A stretch of 43,930 bases of DNA, from positions 1 to 43,930 of the IMG/VR virus record IMGVR_UViG_3300022697_000068. One strand, given 5' to 3'. Below are positions 16,802 through 26,383 of this stretch, in pieces. The notes under the pieces were generated by a model, which did no database searches, had not been told where the DNA came from, and saw only the letters and a program-made list of their open reading frames with translations. The first letter of the stretch is position 1; each line of letters begins with the position of its first letter. This stretch comes from a virus. Its lineage: Duplodnaviria > Caudoviricetes. The position numbers and the translations under genes were made by a program.

Positions 16802-19228
16802 ATGGCACTCATCATAGACCCAGATTCATTATCGCAGGGGATTGAAAATGTAGTCGCCGACCTTGCGTTCACCGCTTCGGCGGCGGCTGTCACCACGTTG
16901 GCGGGTGCGGCAACGCTCCCTGCGATTGCCGCGGGCGAGTTTTTTGAAATTCGAGATTCAAGTACCCCTGGGAATAACGGATTGTATATTGAGACAGGTG
17001 GGGCACCCACAACCAGTTTAATCACAGCCGCAAAATTAACAGGAGCCAACCCAGTGAATTTGGCCGCTGAATCGACATCAATATTCGGCACGACCGGGGC
17101 GAGCACGGAAAAGTCAGTTCATTTCGACACCGGCGCAAAAGAAGTGTGGCTTATCGAGCAGGGGAATCTTGACGTTGCTGGCGTGAACGGGCAACCTCTT
17201 TATTCTTTTATAAAAGAAGAGTGGAAAAATGACCAGTTCCTTAAACGATTTCCGTTCCCAATGGCAACGATTGATGCGGATGCCGGAAAATATCTTTGGG
17301 GGACAGACGGTTCAACATTTTCTGGTTGGAAAATGCGTGACGATACTCCGCAGTCAGTAAGGTCAAGAAAGTTGATGAGGCTTGCGGGTTGGTCTGAATT
17401 CGATATCACCGGGGCGTTGAGCCGTGATTATCCTGCAATTAAAACTCTGGGCGGATTCGAGGACACAGCGGCTGACACAGCCTATTATTCTTTCGGAACT
17501 GATAACACGGATACGGGAGCGGCGATTGATTTTGATTTCTCCGGGCCTGTGAATGAATCTATTTTAGCTTATGAGGATTTCGGGAATCCGGGTGCTACCA
17601 CAGCGTTTGCAACGTCAAACACAATAACAAGAACTGCCGGGTCATTCTTGACGGACGGGTATCAGGTGGGCGGTAAAGTAAATTCGAGATTGGCTGAGGA
17701 TGTTGGGAACAACGGGTCATTTGTCATCACAGCGATTGCCGCTTTAACCATAACTGTGACGGGTATTCCTTTCACCGTGAACGCGGACGATACTACCGTC
17801 CAGCTTGCAGTAGACAACAGGACCGTTTTTAACATTCGGTTGCGCGTTCGGGATGGCGATGTAAACGGGAAAACATACGATCAGTCTAATTTGGTTGCCA
17901 TCGGTGAAACGACTCTTTCAAACAGAATTTTTCCTTTTCCTCTTTCAAATATCACTGATACAAATATTTCTGAAACAGATGCCAATATTGACGCCAACGC
18001 GCCATATACTGCGATGCAAATCAGGTATTTCCAAACCGCGTATTCAAAGGATGTTGATAGCGCGACCAATCGCAATTTTGGGATAGTGGCAGACATAGGG
18101 ACTCACTCAGGCGTTGACGGGTCAATAACTGCGGCTGGAACGGTATTAACCACTGCGGTTGGCGGGATAGTCGATGACACGCGGTATGAAGGAGGAACAC
18201 TCACCCTGCATGACGGATCAGACGAAGGAATTGTATTTACCATCGGTTCTGGGGTAGGTGATGTCACGGCGACCACCGTGACCATTTCTGCGGGGACATT
18301 CACGGCGACAGAAACGGTTTCATTTACAATTCAAAGGGCGGCTCCGATTGTCGCAAGTAAATTTCAAATATTTGAATTCCTTCAAAGAGAATTGAGGCGA
18401 GATGCAGATATAAACGCTTTAACCCCTGTCGTTACCGGGAGAACGGCTGGCGAGATTGCGGCCTTTGAAGGTGCTATTCTAAGGTTGGGAGAAAAACTTC
18501 CTATAAATCCTGCGGGCGGCGGATCGGGCGTGATTGTCGAAGGCTTTGACACGAATGATACAAATAATCTTTCGTTTGTCGATAACCTTGGCCTGCGAAG
18601 AACATTCCCGTTTGTTGCCGCCGGATCATTGAACTTCAATGCGGCCCTGGTAAACGATACGGCCCCGGAGTATGTAATGTATTTTGAGTTTACCGTGCAG
18701 ACGGCGGTTTCGGATGGCGTTCTTGCCGCTCCCGCCGGAAGGGATACTACGCTGACATCGGCGGGCGCAAACCTCCCGGTTGTCACCGCAGGTCAGTATA
18801 TAAATATTGCCGGATTCACCGGAGGCGTGGGGAATGGAAGTAATGGAACGTATGTCGTTACAGGAACACCAACAACCTCTTCAATTGCGTTGACGAAATT
18901 TGGCGTGGGAAACCCAGTTGCAGAAACGGCGGTGGCTATCGCGGTTGGCGAAAATCCAATTGACACGCCAGACGCAATAATTGTTCAAGACAATTCTGCC
19001 GCTAATATTTCGGGTGTCATTTCTGGCGCGGTCATTCCTTTTGATTTTGATTATGATAACAACGTGCAAGGCGGAAGGACTGCCGCTACCAATGCAACTG
19101 TCGCTATCAGGGCGATTGGGTTGGAAAGCGGTCAATTTGCGGAGGCAAGAAATCAGATTGTGAGTAGGGCGACTGGGCTTTCATTCACAATCAACGCCGC
19201 GACCGAACGTAATTATGCAAATCCATAA
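16802..19228 (+). CDS. large virion structural protein with repeated beta-barrel inserts
   Basis: 808 aa, A/G/T-rich; LYSFIKEEWK..FPFPM; C-terminal FDFDYDNNVQGGRT..ERNYANP; strong AAGGAG RBS. Confidence 0.75.
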   Translation: MALIIDPDSLSQGIENVVADLAFTASAAAVTTLAGAATLPAIAAGEFFEIRDSSTPGNNGLYIETGGAPTTSLITAAKLTGANPVNLAAESTSIFGTTGASTEKSVHFDTGAKEVWLIEQGNLDVAGVNGQPLYSFIKEEWKNDQFLKRFPFPMATIDADAGKYLWGTDGSTFSGWKMRDDTPQSVRSRKLMRLAGWSEFDITGALSRDYPAIKTLGGFEDTAADTAYYSFGTDNTDTGAAIDFDFSGPVNESILAYEDFGNPGATTAFATSNTITRTAGSFLTDGYQVGGKVNSRLAEDVGNNGSFVITAIAALTITVTGIPFTVNADDTTVQLAVDNRTVFNIRLRVRDGDVNGKTYDQSNLVAIGETTLSNRIFPFPLSNITDTNISETDANIDANAPYTAMQIRYFQTAYSKDVDSATNRNFGIVADIGTHSGVDGSITAAGTVLTTAVGGIVDDTRYEGGTLTLHDGSDEGIVFTIGSGVGDVTATTVTISAGTFTATETVSFTIQRAAPIVASKFQIFEFLQRELRRDADINALTPVVTGRTAGEIAAFEGAILRLGEKLPINPAGGGSGVIVEGFDTNDTNNLSFVDNLGLRRTFPFVAAGSLNFNAALVNDTAPEYVMYFEFTVQTAVSDGVLAAPAGRDTTLTSAGANLPVVTAGQYINIAGFTGGVGNGSNGTYVVTGTPTTSSIALTKFGVGNPVAETAVAIAVGENPIDTPDAIIVQDNSAANISGVISGAVIPFDFDYDNNVQGGRTAATNATVAIRAIGLESGQFAEARNQIVSRATGLSFTINAATERNYANP

Positions 19229-19242
19229 CCGAAAGGAAGTTT

Positions 19243-19689
19243 ATGTCAGGCTTTTGTTTTTATTTTGAGAAGGGGGACCCAGGTGTAGAAAATTGGTTCA
19301 CCACTGCTCAGGCGTGGGGGATTCGGCGACTTGCTTGCATAAAGGCTGTCCACCGGCCCATTCAGATTGAAGTACCACCAGAAATTGAATTAAATGTTTA
19401 CAGAAACGCTGATGAGTGGATAGAGTCTACCAAAATCCCGATTTATATTGTCGGGGCAAATGATTTGGAATCCGGGATTGATTTAAATAAATTTAAGCAT
19501 CCAGTCGAATGTTGGTATTGGTTCGGGCCTCAAGGCGGGCATAGGCGTACTCATCCGATTGTAAATGAGATAATCAGAGTTGGACAACACGGGAAGTATA
19601 GCTTACCTTCATGCTTCACTGCTCCAATCATTGCACAGAGTAGGTATGAGTATGAAACTAAAAAATTATTGAGCATGGTTGATGGGTAG
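19243..19689 (+). CDS. divergent SPOUT (SpoU/TrmL-like) fold protein
   Basis: AWGIRRL..LNKFKHP..YWFGPQGG..IIRV..SLP..APIIAQSRY parallels the SPOUT motifs FGxE..G and SLN..A.I..Y.R. Confidence 0.5.
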   Translation: MSGFCFYFEKGDPGVENWFTTAQAWGIRRLACIKAVHRPIQIEVPPEIELNVYRNADEWIESTKIPIYIVGANDLESGIDLNKFKHPVECWYWFGPQGGHRRTHPIVNEIIRVGQHGKYSLPSCFTAPIIAQSRYEYETKKLLSMVDG

Positions 19690-19728
19690 GGCGACCATGC
19701 CTTGTCAATCTGAATAAAAGGGGCGACC

Positions 19729-20112
19729 ATGATCTTGAAAATCTTCACATTCACAATCCTTGCGGTTATCATTTTTTTTAGTCCTGCCGAAGCCAAGCAC
19801 AAACACCTTGAAAAAGAATATCAATCCGCGTGGTGTAAAATCGGGAAGATGGAACATCGCCTGCCTGACAAGAAACGCGTTGATTGTCTAACTCAATACC
19901 ATGCTATTGAATTTGATTTTGCGGAAAAGTGGGCTGAGGCAGTTGGCCAGGCGTTGCACTACGGGTTGATGACCGGGCGTTCGCCTGGGATTGTCCTGAT
20001 TATTGAGAAGCCCAAAGACATTCTAAATTATAATTTGCTTTTGTTCCTCAATGAGCAATTGAGATTAGGAATTACAGTATGGAAAATAACCCCTGCCTAT
20101 ATTGAAAAATAA
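19729..20112 (+). CDS. signal-peptide protein with PD-(D/E)xK-like core
   Basis: N-terminal hydrophobic stretch ending AEA; E..RVDC..AIEFD..EAVGQALHY..PGIVLI. Confidence 0.65.
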   Translation: MILKIFTFTILAVIIFFSPAEAKHKHLEKEYQSAWCKIGKMEHRLPDKKRVDCLTQYHAIEFDFAEKWAEAVGQALHYGLMTGRSPGIVLIIEKPKDILNYNLLLFLNEQLRLGITVWKITPAYIEK

Positions 20113-20190
20113 GGCGGCGATTGCATTGGGTTTTTTTTAAGATTATTAAATTTTATGCGTGAATTATTTCGCGGAATCTTTGGACCTTGA

Positions 20191-21885
20191 ATGGCGACAG
20201 CTACACTCACATCACAGTTAACAGACACCCTTCTTAATCCGGGTTCCCCTACAAATATAGGGACTGCCAATGCTCAAGCATCTGAAACTGTAATTAATCT
20301 TGAGGGAGCAAACGCGGCGGCTACCGGACATTCGGGATCGGTCGGGCCTGCCTCGCCGAGCACAATCAGTCAATTTCGCGGAATGTATTCGACCGTTACC
20401 GGATTCACCCGCACAGATATGCACCTGCATATTTGGGTGCGCGATCTTTACCCCATACGCAATGTGAATGTCGGGGGGATATCTTTTTACGTATTCGGTT
20501 CCAGCGAAGCCATTTATTATATGGACGGAATTGACAAAGGATATTTAGGTGATTATACGCACCTTGTTTTAAATCTTGATGCAGGCGACCGTCCGGCGGC
20601 AAGTCTTGGGACCGCACCATCCACGAACATCACTCGCGTTGGGTATGCCGGAAATATTTCAGCATCAAAGGCTGAGGCTTTTTTGCAGAATTGTTATTTC
20701 GATGCCGTGCGGCGCGGAACAGGCGGGCAGGGGATAACCTTTCGAGGCGGATTGATTGGGGACAGACTAACGTTCGCAGATTGCGCGACTGCAGACTCGG
20801 CTAGTTATGGATTGCTAAAACCAGACCTGACAGTTGAAGGCCCGTTGATATGGGGAGTGGCGGCGCAGGAAACATGGCTTGACGATAATCTTAAAACACT
20901 AAAGTTTAAAAATTTCACAGTCAATAACGGGGCGGGTGGCAACACGATTGTCACGGCGTTGGCATCCGATTATTATAGAATAATTTTTGCAAACGGAACG
21001 ACCGGCGTAACAAACATAACCCTCGTTGACGTCACATGGCAGGGAGTTTCGAGGAACACTCCATTTTCTTTTAACACTTCTGCGTTATCTAACGGAGATG
21101 CTTTCATTAGCACACGCGGAATTTATATTTTTGGATCGACAATAACATTCGGGGCGCAATCAACTTCGTCCGGCGATAGGTTTATCGAGTGCGTGACCAT
21201 TGTTCCGAATGGAATTACACTTACCAATCCAATATTTTCAAACTGCAATGCAGTAACGCTAATAGCGATCAACGATGTTATTTCAGGCGGTCAAACACAA
21301 CTTCATAGCACTGCAATAAATATACCGTTTGTCACCTCATCAAATCCTTCGGATATCACAGGCCATTTATTCGACAATACCGCCGGGACAGGACACGCCA
21401 TAGAATTTACATCTGCGACTGCGGCGGGAGCGCATACCCTGACAGGCGTTAGGTTTACGGGATACGGCGGCACGCCGGGGTCAAATTTAGTTTCTGCATC
21501 TGGAAACAGTAGCGCGGCAATCTATAATAATTCTGGGAAGGCGTTGACAATTTCAATCGCAGGCGGCGGGGATACGCCATCAGTAAGGAACGGAATAGGG
21601 GCGACAACTATAATCGTAAACAACACGCAGATTACTTTGTCTGGATTAAATAATAATACCGAAGTAACCGTCTTGACAGCAGGAACACAAACCGTCCTGG
21701 ATGAAATCGAAAACACGACCGGGGATTACGCCTTCACAGTGGCGGCGGCGGAAAGTATAGATATTTTTATTCATCATGTGGATTTCTTGAGGATCAATGA
21801 TATTTTAGCATTCACGGTTCCGGGGACGGACATTACAATACCAGTTAGCCAAATCACTGATAATAATTTTTTGAATCCAGTTTAA
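20191..21885 (+). CDS. virion structural protein (beta-sandwich/beta-helix-like)
   Basis: 564 aa, T/G/N-rich; C-terminal AIYNNSG..LTI..PSVRNG..DNNFLNP. Confidence 0.7.
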   Translation: MATATLTSQLTDTLLNPGSPTNIGTANAQASETVINLEGANAAATGHSGSVGPASPSTISQFRGMYSTVTGFTRTDMHLHIWVRDLYPIRNVNVGGISFYVFGSSEAIYYMDGIDKGYLGDYTHLVLNLDAGDRPAASLGTAPSTNITRVGYAGNISASKAEAFLQNCYFDAVRRGTGGQGITFRGGLIGDRLTFADCATADSASYGLLKPDLTVEGPLIWGVAAQETWLDDNLKTLKFKNFTVNNGAGGNTIVTALASDYYRIIFANGTTGVTNITLVDVTWQGVSRNTPFSFNTSALSNGDAFISTRGIYIFGSTITFGAQSTSSGDRFIECVTIVPNGITLTNPIFSNCNAVTLIAINDVISGGQTQLHSTAINIPFVTSSNPSDITGHLFDNTAGTGHAIEFTSATAAGAHTLTGVRFTGYGGTPGSNLVSASGNSSAAIYNNSGKALTISIAGGGDTPSVRNGIGATTIIVNNTQITLSGLNNNTEVTVLTAGTQTVLDEIENTTGDYAFTVAAAESIDIFIHHVDFLRINDILAFTVPGTDITIPVSQITDNNFLNPV

Positions 21886-23144
21886 TGGCAAGTAAAGTCA
21901 CAATTGATTATATAAATAAATTATTCATCGCCAAGGTTGGTGTGCGCTCATTGGATGTGGCGATAGATATCTACTCGGATTACAAGGAAGATGTGAAGCC
22001 GTCAATGGATGACCAGTTAGGTAGATCGCCTCTTGCAATTCGAGCTATAGGCGGCGACCCAATTTCTCCGATACAAGACGCAGGCTCAACTTTCTTCATG
22101 CTAAATGGATGGAGGATAAGACCTGACGAGGCAGACCACGAATTGGAAATAGTGGGGAACCTTTTTACGGCCCCGGTAACAGAGGCGTTGGTGGTGCCGA
22201 CATTAGGAACATTCACGGTTCTTATAAAGCAGAAAGTTTCCAACCTTGTCGATTCATCGGTTGCACGCCTGGACCTTACTCAATTATTGCCAGCCGTTTA
22301 TATTGATTCAACGAATGGAACGGCGGGAACCGTTTCTGGTATTGGGACACCAACAAACCCATCCAGCAATTTAGCGGACGCGACGACCATTGCAAACAGA
22401 GATAATCTGACAGAGTTTATCCTTGTAAACACGGATATCGTATTAACGCAGAATCTGCAAAATTGGACGTTCACGGGTAAGGGGCCGGAGTTCAATTCAA
22501 GTGTTGATATCGCAGGGTTCAATGTGGGCGGGTGCAAGTTTAAATCCGTTGTAATGCTTGGAACTATGCAAGGAAAGATAGCGGCTGAGTGTTGCGGAAT
22601 AAATTTAATTTCTGGACTAGATGGATTATTTAGATCGTGTGGGTTCCAGGTAAATTTTTCAATAGCCGCGAGCGCAAATGTTACGTTCGCAGATTGTTTT
22701 TCTGAAATATCTGGCGCCATAGTTCCGGTTGCGACAATTGGATCGGGCGCAAGTGCTGGATTCCGAAATTATTCCGGTGGATTAGAGTTAAGGGGAATGA
22801 CGGTTGGAAATATAGTTTCAGTCGATCTTGACCCTGGCGACCTTGTCATAAATGCGGACGTTTCGGGCGGGATATTGAGAATGAGAGGGGTAGGCGGATT
22901 CACAAATAACGGAACTGGCCTCACGATAATTGATGATGGATTTTTCGACACAAAAAGATCGTCCATAGCAACTGCGACCCTAATCGACCAGTTGGTTACA
23001 AACCCAGTGACAGGGAACCTGGAATTGTGGAACCCAGCAGGTGACACGCTTCTTTATGCATGGCCTCTGACCGACAATACTGGGTTTGCTCCTTATGATG
23101 GAACATTCAATCCAGACAAGAGAGGGATTCGGGTTGATGTATGA
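21885..23144 (+). CDS. virion structural protein (beta-helix-like C-terminal part)
   Basis: DIYSDYKE..IGGDPI..FFMLNGWRIRP..GNLF; GTPTNPSSNL; TAATG coupling. Confidence 0.7.
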   Translation: MASKVTIDYINKLFIAKVGVRSLDVAIDIYSDYKEDVKPSMDDQLGRSPLAIRAIGGDPISPIQDAGSTFFMLNGWRIRPDEADHELEIVGNLFTAPVTEALVVPTLGTFTVLIKQKVSNLVDSSVARLDLTQLLPAVYIDSTNGTAGTVSGIGTPTNPSSNLADATTIANRDNLTEFILVNTDIVLTQNLQNWTFTGKGPEFNSSVDIAGFNVGGCKFKSVVMLGTMQGKIAAECCGINLISGLDGLFRSCGFQVNFSIAASANVTFADCFSEISGAIVPVATIGSGASAGFRNYSGGLELRGMTVGNIVSVDLDPGDLVINADVSGGILRMRGVGGFTNNGTGLTIIDDGFFDTKRSSIATATLIDQLVTNPVTGNLELWNPAGDTLLYAWPLTDNTGFAPYDGTFNPDKRGIRVDV

Positions 23145-23446
23145 TAGTCGCCAGGGGATTGGGTTTCGGCGGCGGGTCGATTATTGCCCGTGGATACGGG
23201 TTCGATGTGCGCGGGAGGCCAATAATCGGTCGCCGTGGAAGTATTTTTGCACGTTTACAGATTCTTTCCTTAATGAATACGAAGGTTTTGGAAATGGAAG
23301 CCATTGAAGCTAATATTCAGGCAGATCAAATTGCATCCACAGTTGAATTAATTGGCGGGAATATCACTCAAGTAGTGCAAAACTCCGGGGGTACTGTTAA
23401 AATGTCAATTGAGGTCGATTCGATTTCAGCTTCAATAGAGGTCTAA
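23141..23446 (+). CDS. hypothetical structural protein
   Basis: IVARGLG / IIARGYG N-terminal repeat; ATGA overlap. Confidence 0.6.
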   Translation: MIVARGLGFGGGSIIARGYGFDVRGRPIIGRRGSIFARLQILSLMNTKVLEMEAIEANIQADQIASTVELIGGNITQVVQNSGGTVKMSIEVDSISASIEV

Positions 23447-23448
23447 AA

Positions 23449-23757
23449 ATGGCAGTTGCCAAAGATAAAATTTTTGAAGTAGGGCAAAAATTAAGATTCA
23501 ATGTGGAGACAAAGAACAAGGCGGGGGTTCTAACTGATCCAACCACTCTGGTTTTCAGGATCAAGCCCCCGGTTGCCATAGAGTTCACAAAAGTATTCCC
23601 GGCGGATGCAGAAGTTGTTAAGGACGCCGTTGGACAATTTCATATCGAGTTTACATTAGCTGAGGAAGGAGAACACCCCGTCAGGTGGGAAGCAAACGGG
23701 GCGATACAGAATTCAACCGAGGATAGAATTTCCGCAAGGGATGGAGCTTTCAATTGA
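23449..23757 (+). CDS. Ig-like small structural protein
   Basis: GVLTDPTTL.F.IKPP..VKDAVGQFH..EGEHPVRWEA.G. Confidence 0.65.
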   Translation: MAVAKDKIFEVGQKLRFNVETKNKAGVLTDPTTLVFRIKPPVAIEFTKVFPADAEVVKDAVGQFHIEFTLAEEGEHPVRWEANGAIQNSTEDRISARDGAFN

Positions 23758-24005
23758 TGAATAAACTTATTTTATTAGCGTTGATGTTTTTATCGGGATG
23801 TACGATTATCCATGCGGAGTTACCGGATGGCAGAATATACGACTATCGAAGCACAAAAGAATTCGATAAGATCAAAATTATTTATGAAAAGAATCAGGGC
23901 GGTATTTCGGTTAGCGTTGAAGTTGATGGGGTCCAAGAGGATATGAGCGGAAAAATTGCAGAAGGCATTGGAAAGGGGATAGTAAAGGGGACCACGGGCC
24001 GATAA
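23754..24005 (+). CDS. small lipoprotein
   Basis: MNKLILLALMFLSGC lipobox. Confidence 0.7.
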   Translation: MMNKLILLALMFLSGCTIIHAELPDGRIYDYRSTKEFDKIKIIYEKNQGGISVSVEVDGVQEDMSGKIAEGIGKGIVKGTTGR

Positions 24006-24376
24006 TGGGATTATTTGAGACAGTGCAAAGCGCGGCTGGAACCGCGATAAAAGCGACCGGTAATATTGCATTGAAGGTCGTCTATATCAGGATTGTGGGG
24101 CCGTTAACAGCCTTCAAGCCCGGAGTCGCCCCAGAATTGCCAACCGAAGTGAAACATGAAAATATAAATGCCGTTAAATCGAATTTCAAGCAAGGGCAAG
24201 TGGATGGCGAGGTTATAAAGTCAGAGGATTTTAAGTTGCTGATTGCAAACGCCGATCTTGCCATTGGCCCGTCAAAAAGTGATTTCATAGAGGTTGATTG
24301 CATTCGATTTAGGATAGTGAATTTTAAAACGGACCCCGCAGAGGCGGTGTTCACGTTCCAAATGAGGTTGGCATGA
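24005..24376 (+). CDS. head-closure (head-tail joining) protein
   Basis: VDGEVIKSEDFKLLI..P..SDFI..FRIV..DPA..FQMR; position in the neck module. Confidence 0.75.
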   Translation: MGLFETVQSAAGTAIKATGNIALKVVYIRIVGPLTAFKPGVAPELPTEVKHENINAVKSNFKQGQVDGEVIKSEDFKLLIANADLAIGPSKSDFIEVDCIRFRIVNFKTDPAEAVFTFQMRLA

Positions 24377-24789
24377 CCACAACGGTCACACAGGCAAGGA
24401 TATCAATCCAGAAATTTTTTGATCTGGGATGGGCCGATAAAACTCCTATTGCATGGGACAACAGAAAGTTTATAATTGAGCCAGATTCGCCGTGGGTTCG
24501 GTTGTCAGTTTTACATGATGGAAGTCCGCAGGGCGGACAGCAGACGATTGGAACCACGAACATATATAGAAGGACAGGGCATGTAATTGTTCAAATTTTT
24601 GTCCCAAAAGAAACTGGAACAGATTTAGCGGATGGATATGTGCAGGACGTTCTTAACATTTTTGACGGGAAAAATACCACGCCGGAGGAAGTCATTTTCA
24701 GGTCCGGGCGGTCAAGAGAAATTGGACCGGATGGTGTTTGGTCTGGGAGAATTATATTATTCGATTTTCAGTACGATGAAATAAAGTAG
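24373..24789 (+). CDS. tail terminator protein
   Basis: IAWDN..F..PWVRLSV..YRRTG.VIVQIFVP..GT; precedes the tail tube. Confidence 0.8.
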   Translation: MTTTVTQARISIQKFFDLGWADKTPIAWDNRKFIIEPDSPWVRLSVLHDGSPQGGQQTIGTTNIYRRTGHVIVQIFVPKETGTDLADGYVQDVLNIFDGKNTTPEEVIFRSGRSREIGPDGVWSGRIILFDFQYDEIK

Positions 24790-24796
24790 ATTTTAA

Positions 24797-24877
24797 GCTG
24801 GTTGGACCGGCGAGCGGTGGGGTTGGACTTCACCGAAACAATTTAATTTAGTTTCGATAGGAGTTCAAAAAAAAATG
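24797..24877 (+). promoter_or_regulatory. structured leader: two GT-TGG-AC hairpins plus anti-RBS
   Basis: GCTGGT-TGG-ACCGGC; CGGTGGGGT-TGG-ACTTCACCG; alternative pairing GACTTC/GGAGTT with CGAAAC/GTTTCG. Confidence 0.75.
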
Positions 24878-26347
24878 AGTAATACAAATAGAGTCGCCAT
24901 TGGGATCATAAAGGAAGTAACGAAAGGAGTTACCCCTCCCGCTCCCGCATTTCAAGCCTTGAGAATCACGGGAACACCAAACCTCGCCAATACCCCGCAG
25001 GTTGTAGTATCAAACGAATTGGCCCCAGACAGGCAGATTTCAGACCGTCCATTGGTCGGACAGCAGGCGGGCGGTGATATCGGTTTCGAGGTTTCGCCAG
25101 ATGCTCTTGACGACCTTTGGGAAGGCGGGTTGTGGTCGGATTGGATAAATAAACCAGATAAATTGAATGTGACCGCCGATTCAAGTATCACAGATGTCGG
25201 AACCGTTGCGGACACCTATGCGGTTGACGCTGGCGGCGCATCATTTGTAGCCGGTCATCTTGTTAGGGCATCTGGGTTTGTTGATGCGCCAAACAACCAA
25301 AGATTCCGGGTTGTAAGTTCAACTGCAATAACGATTGTCGGCGGAGCCTTGGGTCTCACTATAAACTCGGCTCCGCAGGCGGGAGCAAGGTTGCAGGTTG
25401 TGGGGTTTGAGGGCGCGGCGGATGATCTTGATTTAACCACCGCGGGCGGAAATAAAATGACATCAACGCTGTTAGATTTTACCACGCTAGGCCTTGTGGT
25501 CGGTGAATGGATCAAGATCGGCGGCGGGGTTGCAATCAATCAATTTGCAATACCTGGGAATAACGGATGGTATAGAATTTCATCCATTGCTACAAGTGCG
25601 CTCGGATTTGATATTGTTCCGACCGGATTTGCAATAGAGGCTTCGGTTGGATCATTGCAGGTACAGTGCTGGATCGGCGATTATATCCGAAATGGGGTGG
25701 TAGAGCATACCTTTGCGATTGAGCGGCAGTTTCAGGATCATTCGCCAGTCACCTATGAATATTTCAATCAGCAGACGATTGGGAATCTGAATCTAACAGG
25801 CGGGGCGCAGGCTATTTTGACTGGCGTTGCCACCTTCCTTGGAACTAAGTCGAATATTCAGGATTCAGGGAGATTTTCAGGGGCGACAGATATTGCCGCA
25901 CCCACGAATGATGTTATGAACACATCGAATCACGTTACCAAAATCGGGGAAGGCGGGGTTGAAGTCACCGGACCCAATTTTGTTCTTGGTTTTGGTGTCG
26001 CAATCAATAACCAGTTGCGTGGCAACCCCGGTATTGGTTCGGTTGGGCTTGTTGATATTGGATCGGGTGAGGCGGATATCACCGGAACCCTTTCAACGTA
26101 TTTTGGCGACAAGACTCTTGTCGAGAAAGTTTTAAACAATACCAAAACCGATCTGCATATTGCATTGGAGAACGGAACCGACCTCAAGGCAATCATCATG
26201 GATTTGCCAAGGGTCAAATATACCCAAGGTGCGCCTGCCGTACCGGGTAAAAATAATGACGTTACCTTGCCGCTAGAATTTGGAGCGCAGAAGCATGAAA
26301 CGCTCGGTTATACGATGCACGTTCAAAGGCATCACGAAACAGTCTAG
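24875..26347 (+). CDS. major tail tube protein with two inserted domains
   Basis: EVTKGVTP..LRITG..SNEL..DRQ..GGDIGFE..FAIERQF..ITGTLSTYF..LPRVKY. Confidence 0.88.
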   Translation: MSNTNRVAIGIIKEVTKGVTPPAPAFQALRITGTPNLANTPQVVVSNELAPDRQISDRPLVGQQAGGDIGFEVSPDALDDLWEGGLWSDWINKPDKLNVTADSSITDVGTVADTYAVDAGGASFVAGHLVRASGFVDAPNNQRFRVVSSTAITIVGGALGLTINSAPQAGARLQVVGFEGAADDLDLTTAGGNKMTSTLLDFTTLGLVVGEWIKIGGGVAINQFAIPGNNGWYRISSIATSALGFDIVPTGFAIEASVGSLQVQCWIGDYIRNGVVEHTFAIERQFQDHSPVTYEYFNQQTIGNLNLTGGAQAILTGVATFLGTKSNIQDSGRFSGATDIAAPTNDVMNTSNHVTKIGEGGVEVTGPNFVLGFGVAINNQLRGNPGIGSVGLVDIGSGEADITGTLSTYFGDKTLVEKVLNNTKTDLHIALENGTDLKAIIMDLPRVKYTQGAPAVPGKNNDVTLPLEFGAQKHETLGYTMHVQRHHETV

Positions 26348-26383
26348 CGGGATTGGCAGTCATCGAAAATTAAGGGAGGTTTT

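Noticed and set aside
6500-23640. GTTGGAC occurrences inside coding regions (~6507, ~7471, ~19578, ~23629)
   Set aside because: Isolated, without extended stems or an adjacent RBS; compatible with chance.
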